A stretch of 64,000 bases of DNA from Planctomycetota bacterium (GTDB taxonomy: Bacteria; Planctomycetota; UBA8108; UBA1146; JAJFFE01). The notes below the pieces were generated by a model. It searched no databases, was not told the origin of the DNA, and saw only the letters and a program-made list of their open reading frames with translations. Positions 38,634 to 48,524 of the stretch are shown in pieces (the first letter of the stretch is position 1; the number at the start of each line of letters is the position of its first letter). The position numbers and the translations under genes are program-made. The stretch is taken from the NCBI GenBank assembly GCA_046154185.1, contig JBJXGE010000094.1, forward strand, positions 1 to 64,000. Reading direction: 5' to 3'.

Positions 38634-39437
38634 ATGGATCGCTATCGCGTCAAGCCGGGTTCGAAAGTGAGTCTCGCCGAGTGCGACCCGGATGATCGCG
38701 ATACGTTTGACGGGTCAAAGGAGGAGGGGATCGCGCGCGGCGTCGAACTCGCGAGCGAACTCGAAGCGCTACAGGAATTGCTCTACGCCGAGCGCAAGCA
38801 CAAGCTGCTCATCGTGCTGCAGGCCATGGACACCGGCGGCAAGGACGGCACGATTCGCAGCGTCTTCGATGGGGTCAATCCGGTCGGCGTCAAAGTCGCG
38901 AGCTTCAAGGTGCCGACGCCCGACGAGCGCGACCGCGATTTCCTATGGCGCGTGCACAAGCACGTTCCGGGCGCCGGCGAACTCGTGATCTTCAACCGCA
39001 GTCACTATGAAGATGTGCTCGTCGTGCGCGTGCACGAGTTGGCGCCGCCGGCGATCTGGAAGCGCCGGTACGAGCACATCAACGCATTCGAGAAATTACT
39101 TGGTGACGAAGGCACGACGATTTTGAAGTTCTTTCTTCACATCAGCAAAGACGAGCAACGCAAGCGCCTGCAGGCTCGACTGGACGACCGCGACAAACTG
39201 TGGAAGTTCGCGAAGGGCGATCTCGCCGAGCGCGAGCGTTGGGATTCCTATATGGAAGCGTACGAAGAAGCGCTCGCGAAAACCTCGACCGATCACGCGC
39301 CGTGGTACATCGTCCCGGCCAACCGCAAGTGGTACCGCAATCTCGTCGTCGGCACGGTGATCGTCGACACCCTCAAGAAACTCGACATGCAACATCCCGC
39401 CGCCGCGCCAGGCCTCGAGGATCTCGTCGTTGAGTGA
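38634..39437 (+). CDS. ppk2: polyphosphate kinase 2 (PPK2 family)
   Basis: LLIVLQAMDTGGKDGTIR Walker A-like motif, FNRSHYEDV, and the full PPK2 core at the typical length of about 267 aa. Confidence 0.9.
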   Translation: MDRYRVKPGSKVSLAECDPDDRDTFDGSKEEGIARGVELASELEALQELLYAERKHKLLIVLQAMDTGGKDGTIRSVFDGVNPVGVKVASFKVPTPDERDRDFLWRVHKHVPGAGELVIFNRSHYEDVLVVRVHELAPPAIWKRRYEHINAFEKLLGDEGTTILKFFLHISKDEQRKRLQARLDDRDKLWKFAKGDLAERERWDSYMEAYEEALAKTSTDHAPWYIVPANRKWYRNLVVGTVIVDTLKKLDMQHPAAAPGLEDLVVE

Positions 39438-39464
39438 CAATGCGCTGCGGACCGCAGCCGCCGG

Positions 39465-41018
39465 CTAGAAGCACTCGTTGAGGAGCACGGTCACGGTGCT
39501 CGGAGCCAAGAATATAAGAAACGTGGTGGTCAAGGCGTCCAGATCACCATCGCCGTCCAAATCGCCGAGCGCCACATCGATGGGTGTGGTCCCGGCCGCG
39601 TACTGCACGTGCGAAGCGAATGTCCCGTCGCCGTTGCCGAACAGGAAGCTCGCGCTGTTCGAAGAGTAGTTCGCGGTGACGGCATCGAGACTGCCATCGC
39701 CATCCACGTCGCCGAGCGCAACGGAGTGCGGAGCGTTTCCGACGGTCTGAGTGACTTGCGTCGCGAAAGTTCCGTCACCGTTGCCCGACAATAGGCTGAC
39801 GGTAGTACCCGGAGTTTCGCCCGGCATGGGGCTGTACGAGAATTCGCCGGTATTGGTCGCCAAAACATCGACATCTCCATCGCCGTCCACGTCGCCGAGA
39901 GTGGCGCTTCGAGGACGCAGGCCGACTTCGAGAATCGATTGCGCGGCGAGAGTCCCGTCACCGTTTCCGAGCAGAATGCTGACGGTGCTACCCGGGGTGT
40001 CGCCAACCGAGAACAGGCCGGTGTTGGCGGTCAATGCGTCGAGGTCGCCGTCGCCGTTCACGTCACCGAGCGTGACGGTTTGGGGATTGCTTTCGACCGC
40101 GTGCTGCACCGGCGCGGCAAAGGTGCCATCACCAAAATTAGACACTACGCTCACACTGCCGGAATCGGCGGAGATGCTGTTCGCGGCGACGACGTCGAGA
40201 TCGCCGTCGCCGTCTACGTCGCCGAGCGCCGCATAGTGACTACCGGCACCGGCATCATAAGACCCGGAAGCGGCAAACGTCCCGTCGTTGTTTCCGAGGA
40301 GCAGATTTACACTGAGAAAACCCGAATTCGCGAGCACCGCATCGAGATCGCCGTCGGCGTCGATGTCGCCGAGCTTGATAGATTGTGGGTTACCGCCGAC
40401 TTGGTAATGCACGACCGGCGCAAGCGTGCCGTCACCATCGCCCAAGAACATACTCACACCGTTGGACGGGAAACTATTCGCAGTCAGCACGTCGAGATCG
40501 CCGTCGCCGTCCACATCGCCAAGCGCCAGCGATAGAGTGAAGTTGCCTGCTCCGTAAGCCACGGGTGGCGCGAATCTGCACGGGCCCGGAGGACAACTCG
40601 CCACCGGACCTGCGCATCCGATTGCGTCGGCCGTGGGATCCTGGCCGCACGCCGGAAACGGTTCCAAGGGTGAAGTTCCCGCGCTGAAGAGATAGCTGAG
40701 TATGTAAATCGCATCGCCGATGTCGACCAGGCCGGAGTCGGCGGCGTCCATCGCATCGAGGCAGAACCCCGGACCGCCTTGGAATAGAAAGCTGAGCACG
40801 ACGATGGGGTCGTTGATCTGTATGACTCCATCGCCGTTGGCGTCGCCGCGCACAAACATCCAATTTGCGCGCGCGATCTCACCGCCGGACAACAGCAACG
40901 TTCCTGCAACGATCCAGCACAAAGCGATTGGGCGACGATTGGATTCGTTTGCTGCCGACATCTGAGTCACATCCTTCGAGTTGGAGTTGCGATCAAGAAT
41001 GGGTGCTCGGCTCTCCAC
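39465..41018 (-). CDS. secreted FG-GAP/VCBS repeat protein with an N-terminal dockerin-like module
   Basis: GDANGDGVIQINDPIVVLSFLF plus a second DxxDxGxVDIGDAIYILSYLF pair, followed by at least 7 FG-GAP-like repeats (LGDVDGDGDLD...). Confidence 0.7.
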   Translation of the reverse strand: MESRAPILDRNSNSKDVTQMSAANESNRRPIALCWIVAGTLLLSGGEIARANWMFVRGDANGDGVIQINDPIVVLSFLFQGGPGFCLDAMDAADSGLVDIGDAIYILSYLFSAGTSPLEPFPACGQDPTADAIGCAGPVASCPPGPCRFAPPVAYGAGNFTLSLALGDVDGDGDLDVLTANSFPSNGVSMFLGDGDGTLAPVVHYQVGGNPQSIKLGDIDADGDLDAVLANSGFLSVNLLLGNNDGTFAASGSYDAGAGSHYAALGDVDGDGDLDVVAANSISADSGSVSVVSNFGDGTFAAPVQHAVESNPQTVTLGDVNGDGDLDALTANTGLFSVGDTPGSTVSILLGNGDGTLAAQSILEVGLRPRSATLGDVDGDGDVDVLATNTGEFSYSPMPGETPGTTVSLLSGNGDGTFATQVTQTVGNAPHSVALGDVDGDGSLDAVTANYSSNSASFLFGNGDGTFASHVQYAAGTTPIDVALGDLDGDGDLDALTTTFLIFLAPSTVTVLLNECF

Positions 41019-41479
41019 TAGGACTACGCGAACTTTTTACCACCGATGTTTGAGGCGCCCGAAACGCTGGGGAAGAAATGGCACGACATCTTTGCACGAA
41101 TCGCCGGCAGGCGCTCACTGAATTTATTTCTTGTGAGATCGCGAATGCGATCGGCGGATCGATGAGAAGGGGAACAGATGGAGCCGGCGGGCGAGCGACT
41201 GGCTCTGGCTCGCGAACTGAACCCTTGGGCATGGGAGCGTCTCGACATCCCGGACCACGCGAGCGGCGATCGTAAGTGGTCGACCTGGCCCGCCGAGCCG
41301 ATGCGAGCAACGCCGAGCTGATCGCCGCCCTGCGACGGGAGCCTAGTCCTGGAACACCGCATCCCCCACCCATTTCGTACTCGAGGGCTTCAGCGTTTGC
41401 GTCTGGCTATACCTGAGATTGTAGAAGTTTGAGCGATCTCCGGCGGCTCCCTGCGGGATCCTCGCCGTCAATATGCGGT

Positions 41480-42073
41480 TCAGGGAGCGGTGCGCCGTCG
41501 CGGATCGATGTGGCGAAGCAGATGGCTATCGAGCACGCCGAACCGCGACTGTAGCGCCGAGAGGAGGGCCGATTTGAAAATATAATTCTCGGCTAACGCG
41601 TTTCCTGCACGATCAAAAAACTGCGAGTACTTCATGGTGTATTCATCGCGTCCGTAGCGCATGAACAACTCCTCTCCGCGACGCTCTAAGGACAAGCCTG
41701 TCTGATTAATGTCCAATTGCAGCTTGGTCGTCTGGCACATCACTTTCAATACACGCTCCCATTCGCGCTGGTCAGAGAAGCACTCTTCGCCGCCGAACAA
41801 ATAGTCTGCGCCATCTAGGAAAACGAAGCCTCCGAGCAACGAACCGTCGGTTCCTGCCTCCGTCGCGTGGAAGAAAAACTCCGCGACCAATGGCAATTCT
41901 CTGAGAATGTCACTCGCTCGGTAGGTCCGAACTGGCCCCAACCTATTCGCCGAAGCCAACGAACTCCCGCCCAGAATGCGATCGAATAGTGCATCGACTT
42001 CCGAGTCCAAGAACAGACTGGAATCAAGCGACAAGGCCGGAATGATGTTGAGATCGGTGATTATTCTGGGCAT
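41480..42073 (-). CDS. hypothetical protein (lower-GC)
   Basis: 197-aa ORF with no recognised family. About 55% GC. Confidence 0.4.
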   Translation of the reverse strand: MPRIITDLNIIPALSLDSSLFLDSEVDALFDRILGGSSLASANRLGPVRTYRASDILRELPLVAEFFFHATEAGTDGSLLGGFVFLDGADYLFGGEECFSDQREWERVLKVMCQTTKLQLDINQTGLSLERRGEELFMRYGRDEYTMKYSQFFDRAGNALAENYIFKSALLSALQSRFGVLDSHLLRHIDPRRRTAP

Positions 42074-42184
42074 CGTTCTCGGTTCCTCCCAACACGATCA
42101 TCCTCGCGACGCGAACCTTTTTGCGAAGGTCGAACGCATTCGGAGCCCGAGTGCGGGAACTCGGCGTCAAGCCGCGCAGTCGAT

Positions 42185-42216
42185 GAAGAATGCCGCGGAA
42201 CTCCGCGGCATTCTTC
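42185..42216. terminator. perfect 14-bp stem hairpin (GAAGAATGCCGCGG-AACT-CCGCGGCATTCTTC), putative intrinsic terminator or structural element
   Basis: Perfect inverted repeat 50 bp downstream of the stop of the 42270-44507 gene. The flanking sequence is only weakly T-rich. Confidence 0.35.
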
Positions 42217-42269
42217 GCGTCTCGATCGTGTCGTGTGTTCGAACAAATTCTAGCCGTCGGATATGACCA

Positions 42270-44507
42270 TCAGTGTTCGAGCACATTACGCAAAATGCGT
42301 TGAATGTTCACGTCCGCTGGGATGCTTCCGCCAAAGGTGATCGATCCCGCCGAGAAGACGAAACCGCCGCCGGGGTGATCGTAATACGTCATGTCCGCGC
42401 CAGGTCCGCCCGATGGCAAGCCGCGCGCGAGCCAGACCAACCCGGCGGGCGGAGTCGTCGGCCCGGCGGAAAAGCTGCAGTCTGTTCCCGGACTATCAAC
42501 GCGCGTGTCGATCTCATGGCCGCTCGCTCCTCCGCTGAGCGAGCCACCGTTGGTGTTGAAGCCGGTCGCGCCGAAGGTCTGAAACAAGCCGAGGCCTGTG
42601 CCGGCGAACACGAAGTGACCCGGCTCAAGAACCTCGAACGGCATGCCGGGAGCGCTGCACCGTTGCGTCGAGATGCCCAAGATCTCGCGCTCATGACGCG
42701 GTGGCGCCAGATTGCGGAAGAGCGACGGCTCGCGCGGTCCATCCTCCACGCCGTTCAAAAACGTCATCTGAGTTCTGTCACTCGAGTAGACACCCCGCTC
42801 GAAGAGGCCATTGCCGCCGAGGTACAAGACCTTCCCGCCGCCCGCCAGAAAGTTTTCGAGTTTGTCGTACGCTCGACTCGACCAATATTCGGGGTGAGTT
42901 CCAAAAACAAGCATCTCGTACGGCGGCCTGCCGTTATGGAAGCCGTTGTGGAAATCGATATCCGTGTAGACATGAGGCTCGTATCCCTGATCCTCGAGCC
43001 ATGTGAGGATCCAAAGCTCGGCGCGCGTTTGGTGATGGGGCCCACCACCCTCCGCGACCGGCGACGTGTCGGGTGCTGGTCGCAAGAAGGAAGTCAACGC
43101 GGCCCCGTCGTATTTTCCCTTGCCGCCCCATGAATTATATGCGAGCCAGGTATTCACGCTGGCAAGTACAGCCACCTTCGATTGGGCAGTTCGGGCAGGT
43201 TTGACAATGAAGGTGATGTGGTAATCCGGTCCGCCCATCGCCGGCCGCAATGCCGCTGAGTAGATTCCGGACGGCCAACCCGCCGGGATGGTATGGGTGA
43301 AACTGGTCGACCAACCGGCGCCATTTCGCCACGGTTTTTCGTTGAGCGGCTTGCCAACTGAAGTGTGAGTGAGCGTGGCAATCAGCGTGCTGCTGACGCT
43401 CGCGCCAGTGGAACGATGGCGGTAGAGACGCACTGTCGGTAGCGCGGCTCCGGAAGTCATGAACGAAATCGTCTCGCCGGGTGCGGCGGACAGCGGCCAA
43501 GCATATCCTTCCGGCTTTTCGCCCTGGTTGCGCCCGACCCACACGGATCCATCGATCGGGTGATAGGCGAACAGATCTGGGAGGTTGTCGCTCGTGAAGT
43601 TGGTTCCGGGCGCAAACTGCCAACCCGAAGCCGGCGCGACTTGAGCGGCCTTCTCAGTGAAGTAGAAGGTCGAGACTGCGTTGCGGCCCACGAAGATCTC
43701 GCCGTTCCCAGAATAGTACGCAGCCACATCCGCGGTACCGGCGCCCGAAAATCCGCCCGGAATGATGGACCAGCCTGCAACCGGATCCAATGTAAACCAC
43801 TGGGACCATACGAACGATGTGAGCGTGTTGGCTCCGACAAAGAGGCTGCCGTCGGTCGGATGGTATGCGAAGACATCCACGACGCCGTCGCGCGTGAAAT
43901 CGCCCGGGCCGAAACTCCAGCCTGACGGAGGTGACACCGTTGCGAACAGCTGCCAGATGAACTGGTTCGATAGATTGTTGCGGCCGACCCAGACCGAACC
44001 ATCGTTGTGGTACGCGCCGACGTCGGTTCTTCCGTCCGCGGTGAAATCGCCGGTCCAAAAACTCCAACCCGACGGAGGGCTTACGCTTGCCCACTGCGAC
44101 CACACGAACGTAGAGCTACCGCTGTTCGTACCCACCCACACCGAGCCGTCGCTGGAGTGGTAGGCGAGCACATCCATGAGACCGTCGCCCGTGAACTCTC
44201 CACTCTTGATCGTCCAACCGGATGCCGGAATCAACGTCGCCCAAAGAGTGAAGGTGAACGATGCAAAGTCGGTGTTGCTGCCGACCCAGACCGAGCCATC
44301 TTGATGGTAACCGACGACATCGGTGCGCCCGTCGCCCGTGAAATCGCCGGCTTCGAAGCTCCATCCGGTAGCGGGAGTGACAGTTCCCCATTGCGTGAAG
44401 TTAATAGTCGCGTTCGCGCGGTTCGCCGCGATGACCAGAAAAGCTAGAACGTATCGAACGAGAAGCCACCGAACGGCGCGCTGCCGTTGAGTTTTTGTTC
44501 CGTTCAT
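42270..44507 (-). CDS. secreted beta-propeller (FG-GAP-like repeat) protein with a large uncharacterised C-terminal domain
   Basis: Signal peptide from MNGTKTQ. Seven repeats of W[ST]..GDFTGDGRTDV.AYH..DGSVWVG.N. The C-terminal roughly 400-aa domain is unrecognised. Confidence 0.6.
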   Translation of the reverse strand: MNGTKTQRQRAVRWLLVRYVLAFLVIAANRANATINFTQWGTVTPATGWSFEAGDFTGDGRTDVVGYHQDGSVWVGSNTDFASFTFTLWATLIPASGWTIKSGEFTGDGLMDVLAYHSSDGSVWVGTNSGSSTFVWSQWASVSPPSGWSFWTGDFTADGRTDVGAYHNDGSVWVGRNNLSNQFIWQLFATVSPPSGWSFGPGDFTRDGVVDVFAYHPTDGSLFVGANTLTSFVWSQWFTLDPVAGWSIIPGGFSGAGTADVAAYYSGNGEIFVGRNAVSTFYFTEKAAQVAPASGWQFAPGTNFTSDNLPDLFAYHPIDGSVWVGRNQGEKPEGYAWPLSAAPGETISFMTSGAALPTVRLYRHRSTGASVSSTLIATLTHTSVGKPLNEKPWRNGAGWSTSFTHTIPAGWPSGIYSAALRPAMGGPDYHITFIVKPARTAQSKVAVLASVNTWLAYNSWGGKGKYDGAALTSFLRPAPDTSPVAEGGGPHHQTRAELWILTWLEDQGYEPHVYTDIDFHNGFHNGRPPYEMLVFGTHPEYWSSRAYDKLENFLAGGGKVLYLGGNGLFERGVYSSDRTQMTFLNGVEDGPREPSLFRNLAPPRHEREILGISTQRCSAPGMPFEVLEPGHFVFAGTGLGLFQTFGATGFNTNGGSLSGGASGHEIDTRVDSPGTDCSFSAGPTTPPAGLVWLARGLPSGGPGADMTYYDHPGGGFVFSAGSITFGGSIPADVNIQRILRNVLEH

Positions 44508-45380
44508 CGGACCCCTTCTTTCCGTGGGTGAGAGTGGTACGTCATGACCTAGTTCCCCAGCGAGCGTCGCCGCGCACAAGTCGTCGCCAGTCATCCGCGA
44601 AATTGGGCCGCCACCCGACAAGTTTTTTTTGGGGTCATCAGGAAGTCGAGTGGGCGTGCTCGAAAGGGGGGTGAGAGAAGCTCCACCGGCCCGTCAGGCC
44701 GGGTCTCTCTTCTTGATCGTGACCCGGGATCGGCCGCAGGGCCGGCCAACCCCGGGCTGAATCCCGTCGGGGCTTTCTGGCCCTCTCGGAAAGCAGGGAC
44801 AGCAGATCGATCCCCGCGTTTGAATAGGTGCCGCCTTAGCGCGGGCGCAAACTGGCACAATCGTGACGGCCGATTTAGTCCACACTCCAGCCGTAATAGT
44901 GCAGCTCGTGCTGATCTGCCAAAGCTGCGAGTATGCGTGAGGACGCGAACACGGACGCAAGATCTCGAAGTACGAGGCGCTTAGTGACGGTGAGTACCCA
45001 ATACGGTTTCCCTTCGGCGTCGTCCTAGTTCAAGAGCCGCGGGTTCGAACCGCGCTTTAGCTGTGAACCGAAATCTGGAGAAGCAACTCTTCGAAACACC
45101 AAGTCGAAACTGCCTGGTCCGGGTGACTGCGACAACACCCCTGGCCTTCGAGGCCGACGGCGAGATTGCAGCACCTGTGCCGGACGGATCTCAACCTGCA
45201 GCGTGTCGCCTTTGCGCGGCACAATAAGACTGCGAATGGAAGCACGCAGAGACTTGGACTTCGTAAGACGCGCCCACAGGATTGCCGGACACCGCAGAGA
45301 AGCGCAGCGCGAAATCACAGACGCTCAGGCGTACGAAGGTCGGCCACCACGTTGGACTTGATGTCGGAGCCCTCTCATGG

Positions 45381-45403
45381 AAGGGGTGTTGGAGCAACAC
45401 CCT
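45381..45403. repeat. hairpin repeat AGGGGTGTTGGAGCAACACCC, copy 2
   Basis: Identical over 21 nt to 16431-16451. It sits inside the roughly 1-kb noncoding stretch at 44.5-45.6 kb. Confidence 0.65.
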
Positions 45404-45590
45404 TAGGAAAAACCGCCGATGAGATGTTGCCAACGGCCAATCGCCAGCGGTCGCCTCTGCTAATCAAAACACTCACGCTTGCGCGCGACGGGTCGACCGC
45501 GAGCCCGAGCCCGACTTCGTGCGCGCGCCCGCATCCATTGTTAAACGGCGAACTCGCCCCACCGTTTCCATTAGGTCAGGACAGTCCCCA

Positions 45591-48524
45591 CTACTGCGCC
45601 GCTTTCCGCGGCGCCGTAATCCGGACGACGGTTGGCGCGCCAACGTCGAGTTTGCAATCGGCGGTCGTTGGCTCGCGGCCCTCCGCGATGACGCGGATCG
45701 TGTAGGCGCCGGGGTCGAGGCTCGAGAAGCGGTAGGCGCCGTCGTTGCCCGTCTCTTGCTGAAGTCCCATGTTCTTCGGCACGCCCGCCGAGTCGACGAT
45801 GTGAATCTGTGCGTCCGGCACCGGGGCGCCGTTTTCATCGAAGACCAGCACGTGCACGGCCGCGCCGCGACTCAGTTCGAAGTTGACCTCAATGTTGTCC
45901 TTGAGTTCGAGATCGAGTTCGACTTCGGCCGACGCTTGTTGGCGATAGCCGCTCGACCGCGAGAGCAAGCGGTACTTGCCGGGCGCCATGCTCGAGATGT
46001 TGTACGCGCCTTTCTCATCCGTGAGCGCGCGACCGCTGAACTGCGTGAGCTTGCCGTCACTTCCGGCGCCAAGCACGATGATTTCCGTTTCAGGCACGCC
46101 CGCCTGCGTGAGCGCATCGCGCACCACGCCGCGGAAAGTGAGTTCGTAGAGCGTGAGGTCGACTTGGTAGTCTTCCGCCGCGCTGCAGTCGATCTCGGTC
46201 GCGACGCCGAAACTCTGTGAGTAGCCGCGCGCGAGTGCCACCGTCCACTTGCCAAGTTTCAGGTTGCGAATCTCGAACGTGCCATCGCTGTTCGTCGTCG
46301 CGCTCTCGAACGTGTAGCCTTGACGGCCGGTGTCTGGGTCGCGCGTCAATTGCGTGAGCGTCACCGCGACACCCGCCACTGGCGTTCCACCCTCGTCCTT
46401 GATTTGACCATGGACCGTCGCCAGCACGGAGACATCGTTGAAGTCCAGAATCGTGTCCTCGGTCGCCTTGAGAGTCGCCATCTTCACCACGGTGGCATCT
46501 TCTTCCGCGACCGCCGCCATGTTCTTGATCCACACCATGACATACGCGCCGGGGTTGAGATTGCGAATGTGGTAGTTACCGTCGGCGTCGACCGGGTCCC
46601 AGCTCGTTTGCGCGAGGTCAGGATTCAAGTTCATGCTGACGGCGAGGATCGTCGCACCGACCATTGGCTCGCCGTTGGTGTCGAGCACGCGGCCGCGAAA
46701 ACCGGTCCCTTCCTCGAGTTCAAACTCCAGATCATTCGGGCCAGTCTCGGACACTTCTACCCAGCGATCGATCGGCTGATAGTCCGGGTGCAGGACGCGC
46801 AACAACACGCGCCCCGTCGGCAGGTCGGCGAGCGCAAACGCGCCATCTCCTTCCGTGCGCTTCGCGTTGCGGACGCGCGGGTCGACCGCGCTGCGCGTGA
46901 AAAACTCAACGGTGCCAGCCAAGTGTTCCAAGTGCGGATACACGATCGCGTCGGCGACCGGCCGGCGCGTGCGCTTGTCGAAGACCACGCCCGAACATTC
47001 GTTGCCCGGCTCGAGCGTCATGTTGACGTCCCGCAAGAACTGATGATCCGCGACCTCCACTTTGAGTTCCGGCGTGCGCTGATACCCCACCTCGTAGGCC
47101 CATACGCGATAGCTGCCGGCTTCGATGCCGCCGAAATAGTAACTGCCATCCGCGCTCTCGAACTCGCGAACGACCGGTTCTCCGCGTCGGTAAACGTCAT
47201 AAAAAATCTGAATACCGACGAGACATTTCGGCACCGGATTGCCGGTCGCGTCGACGACGATGCCGGCGATCGCCGTCTCGTGATCCAGCACGACGCGCAC
47301 GTCGGGTTCGACCGCCGCGTCGACGATGGCGCCGGAGACTTTTTTTTCCGCACTGGTCTCGCTCGGTTCCTCCGCCGTTGCCGTGGTTGTCGCGCCGCCG
47401 GACTCCGCCTCCGCGATCGGCCACGGCATTGTCGCGGTGACGTGGCGATCGCAACTCGCTTCGATCGCGCCACGCGCTGCTTTCGCGACGCGCAACACAA
47501 AGCGCCCGTCGTCTTCCGTCACCGCATGGCTCACGCTCAGCGGATCCACCGCCGTCGATTCCGACTCGCTTTTGAACACGACGCGCGCCGCGCGCACTGG
47601 CTTCTGATCGCGGTCCTCCACCACGCCGCGCACTTCGACGAGCGCCGATAAATCAACACCTTCCGGCACGGCGACAACCGGCGGCTTAGCCGTTGCCCCG
47701 GTCGCCGTTGGCGCCGCCGGCGCGGATTGACTCACGCCGCCGCCGGCGTTGAACACTGCGGTCGTGCCGTTCTGCAACTGAACCTTTTTGTCGCCAATCG
47801 TGACTTCGACCGGTTTGTCGGGCGACGACACGAACACGGTGATGGTCACGGCGATCACGGCGACGGCCGCAACTCCGGCGAAATGCTTGCGATTCATGAG
47901 AAGCTCCTGCGCGACGGGCGCGCTCGATTCCGTGGAAAGTGCGACGCGGTACTGCGCGGCGCACGCATTCACAATGAGAAAGGGCGTCGCGAGCGTATGA
48001 GTCGCATCGCTCGCCGCGCTGACTAAACCGCCGCCGCGCCAAAACATCATCGCGTCGTGCGCGCGCGACTCGAGGCTAACGAGGCTCACCGTATCGAGCT
48101 CGATCCGATGACCCGAATCCCAAATGATCTGTGCGCGCGTGACTTCGTGCGTCGCGATGCGATCGCCGCGCTCGAGTTCGAAGGCGTCACGAACTTCTCG
48201 GAGCGGCGCGCCTTCCCGCGCGAGCAACAACACGCCGTCGCCGAGCGGCATCGCGCGCGGTGGCCCGTCGGCGCGCAACGCAATGACCAGCGTGGCGACA
48301 AGCGCGAGGAGCGCGGCGGCGGCGGGCAGTGCGCGCACCGCCAGTCGCGCGCGCGATCGTGCGGCGCTCGACTCCCTCTGCGCGCTCTGCATCGCTTGCA
48401 ACAGGCGCGATTGAAATTCGCGCGCGGGTTCGACCGGGCGGTAGGCGCGCGAGAGGAGTGCGCGCAGATTGCGCTCGAAGATTTCGCTCTCCGGCGCGGG
48501 CGGCGGCTGGCGATTTTCATCCAT
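45591..48524 (-). CDS. anti-sigma factor (FecR-like) fused to a giant extracytoplasmic carboxypeptidase-regulatory-like repeat region
   Basis: N-terminal cytoplasmic segment, a TM helix (AAAALLALVATLVIAL), a FecR-like segment, then at least 8 prealbumin-fold repeats. Overlaps the upstream ECF sigma gene by 8 bp. Confidence 0.65.
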   Translation of the reverse strand: MDENRQPPPAPESEIFERNLRALLSRAYRPVEPAREFQSRLLQAMQSAQRESSAARSRARLAVRALPAAAALLALVATLVIALRADGPPRAMPLGDGVLLLAREGAPLREVRDAFELERGDRIATHEVTRAQIIWDSGHRIELDTVSLVSLESRAHDAMMFWRGGGLVSAASDATHTLATPFLIVNACAAQYRVALSTESSAPVAQELLMNRKHFAGVAAVAVIAVTITVFVSSPDKPVEVTIGDKKVQLQNGTTAVFNAGGGVSQSAPAAPTATGATAKPPVVAVPEGVDLSALVEVRGVVEDRDQKPVRAARVVFKSESESTAVDPLSVSHAVTEDDGRFVLRVAKAARGAIEASCDRHVTATMPWPIAEAESGGATTTATAEEPSETSAEKKVSGAIVDAAVEPDVRVVLDHETAIAGIVVDATGNPVPKCLVGIQIFYDVYRRGEPVVREFESADGSYYFGGIEAGSYRVWAYEVGYQRTPELKVEVADHQFLRDVNMTLEPGNECSGVVFDKRTRRPVADAIVYPHLEHLAGTVEFFTRSAVDPRVRNAKRTEGDGAFALADLPTGRVLLRVLHPDYQPIDRWVEVSETGPNDLEFELEEGTGFRGRVLDTNGEPMVGATILAVSMNLNPDLAQTSWDPVDADGNYHIRNLNPGAYVMVWIKNMAAVAEEDATVVKMATLKATEDTILDFNDVSVLATVHGQIKDEGGTPVAGVAVTLTQLTRDPDTGRQGYTFESATTNSDGTFEIRNLKLGKWTVALARGYSQSFGVATEIDCSAAEDYQVDLTLYELTFRGVVRDALTQAGVPETEIIVLGAGSDGKLTQFSGRALTDEKGAYNISSMAPGKYRLLSRSSGYRQQASAEVELDLELKDNIEVNFELSRGAAVHVLVFDENGAPVPDAQIHIVDSAGVPKNMGLQQETGNDGAYRFSSLDPGAYTIRVIAEGREPTTADCKLDVGAPTVVRITAPRKAAQ

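Noticed and set aside
41178-41324. 48-aa ORF (MEPAGERLALARELNPWAWERLD...) in the 460-bp gap at 41019-41479
   Set aside because: It is too short, has no RBS evidence and no recognisable fold. It is mentioned only as a possible remnant of an HTH-type gene.
45030-45070. Possible tRNA gene (perfect T-arm CGCGG-TTCGAAC-CCGCG with an acceptor-like 3' strand on the minus strand)
   Set aside because: No matching 5' acceptor strand, D-arm or anticodon arm can be built within the required 48 nt upstream, so it is not an intact tRNA. It is kept only as a possible att-site or tRNA-fragment remnant in the findings.
44600-45600. RNase P RNA, SRP RNA or tmRNA in the long noncoding stretch
   Set aside because: I could not find the conserved P4 (GGAAAGUCCGG / ACAGAACCCGGCUUA), SRP domain IV, or tmRNA tag-reading-frame / 3' CCA-proximal motifs on either strand. 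This needs an Infernal scan to settle.
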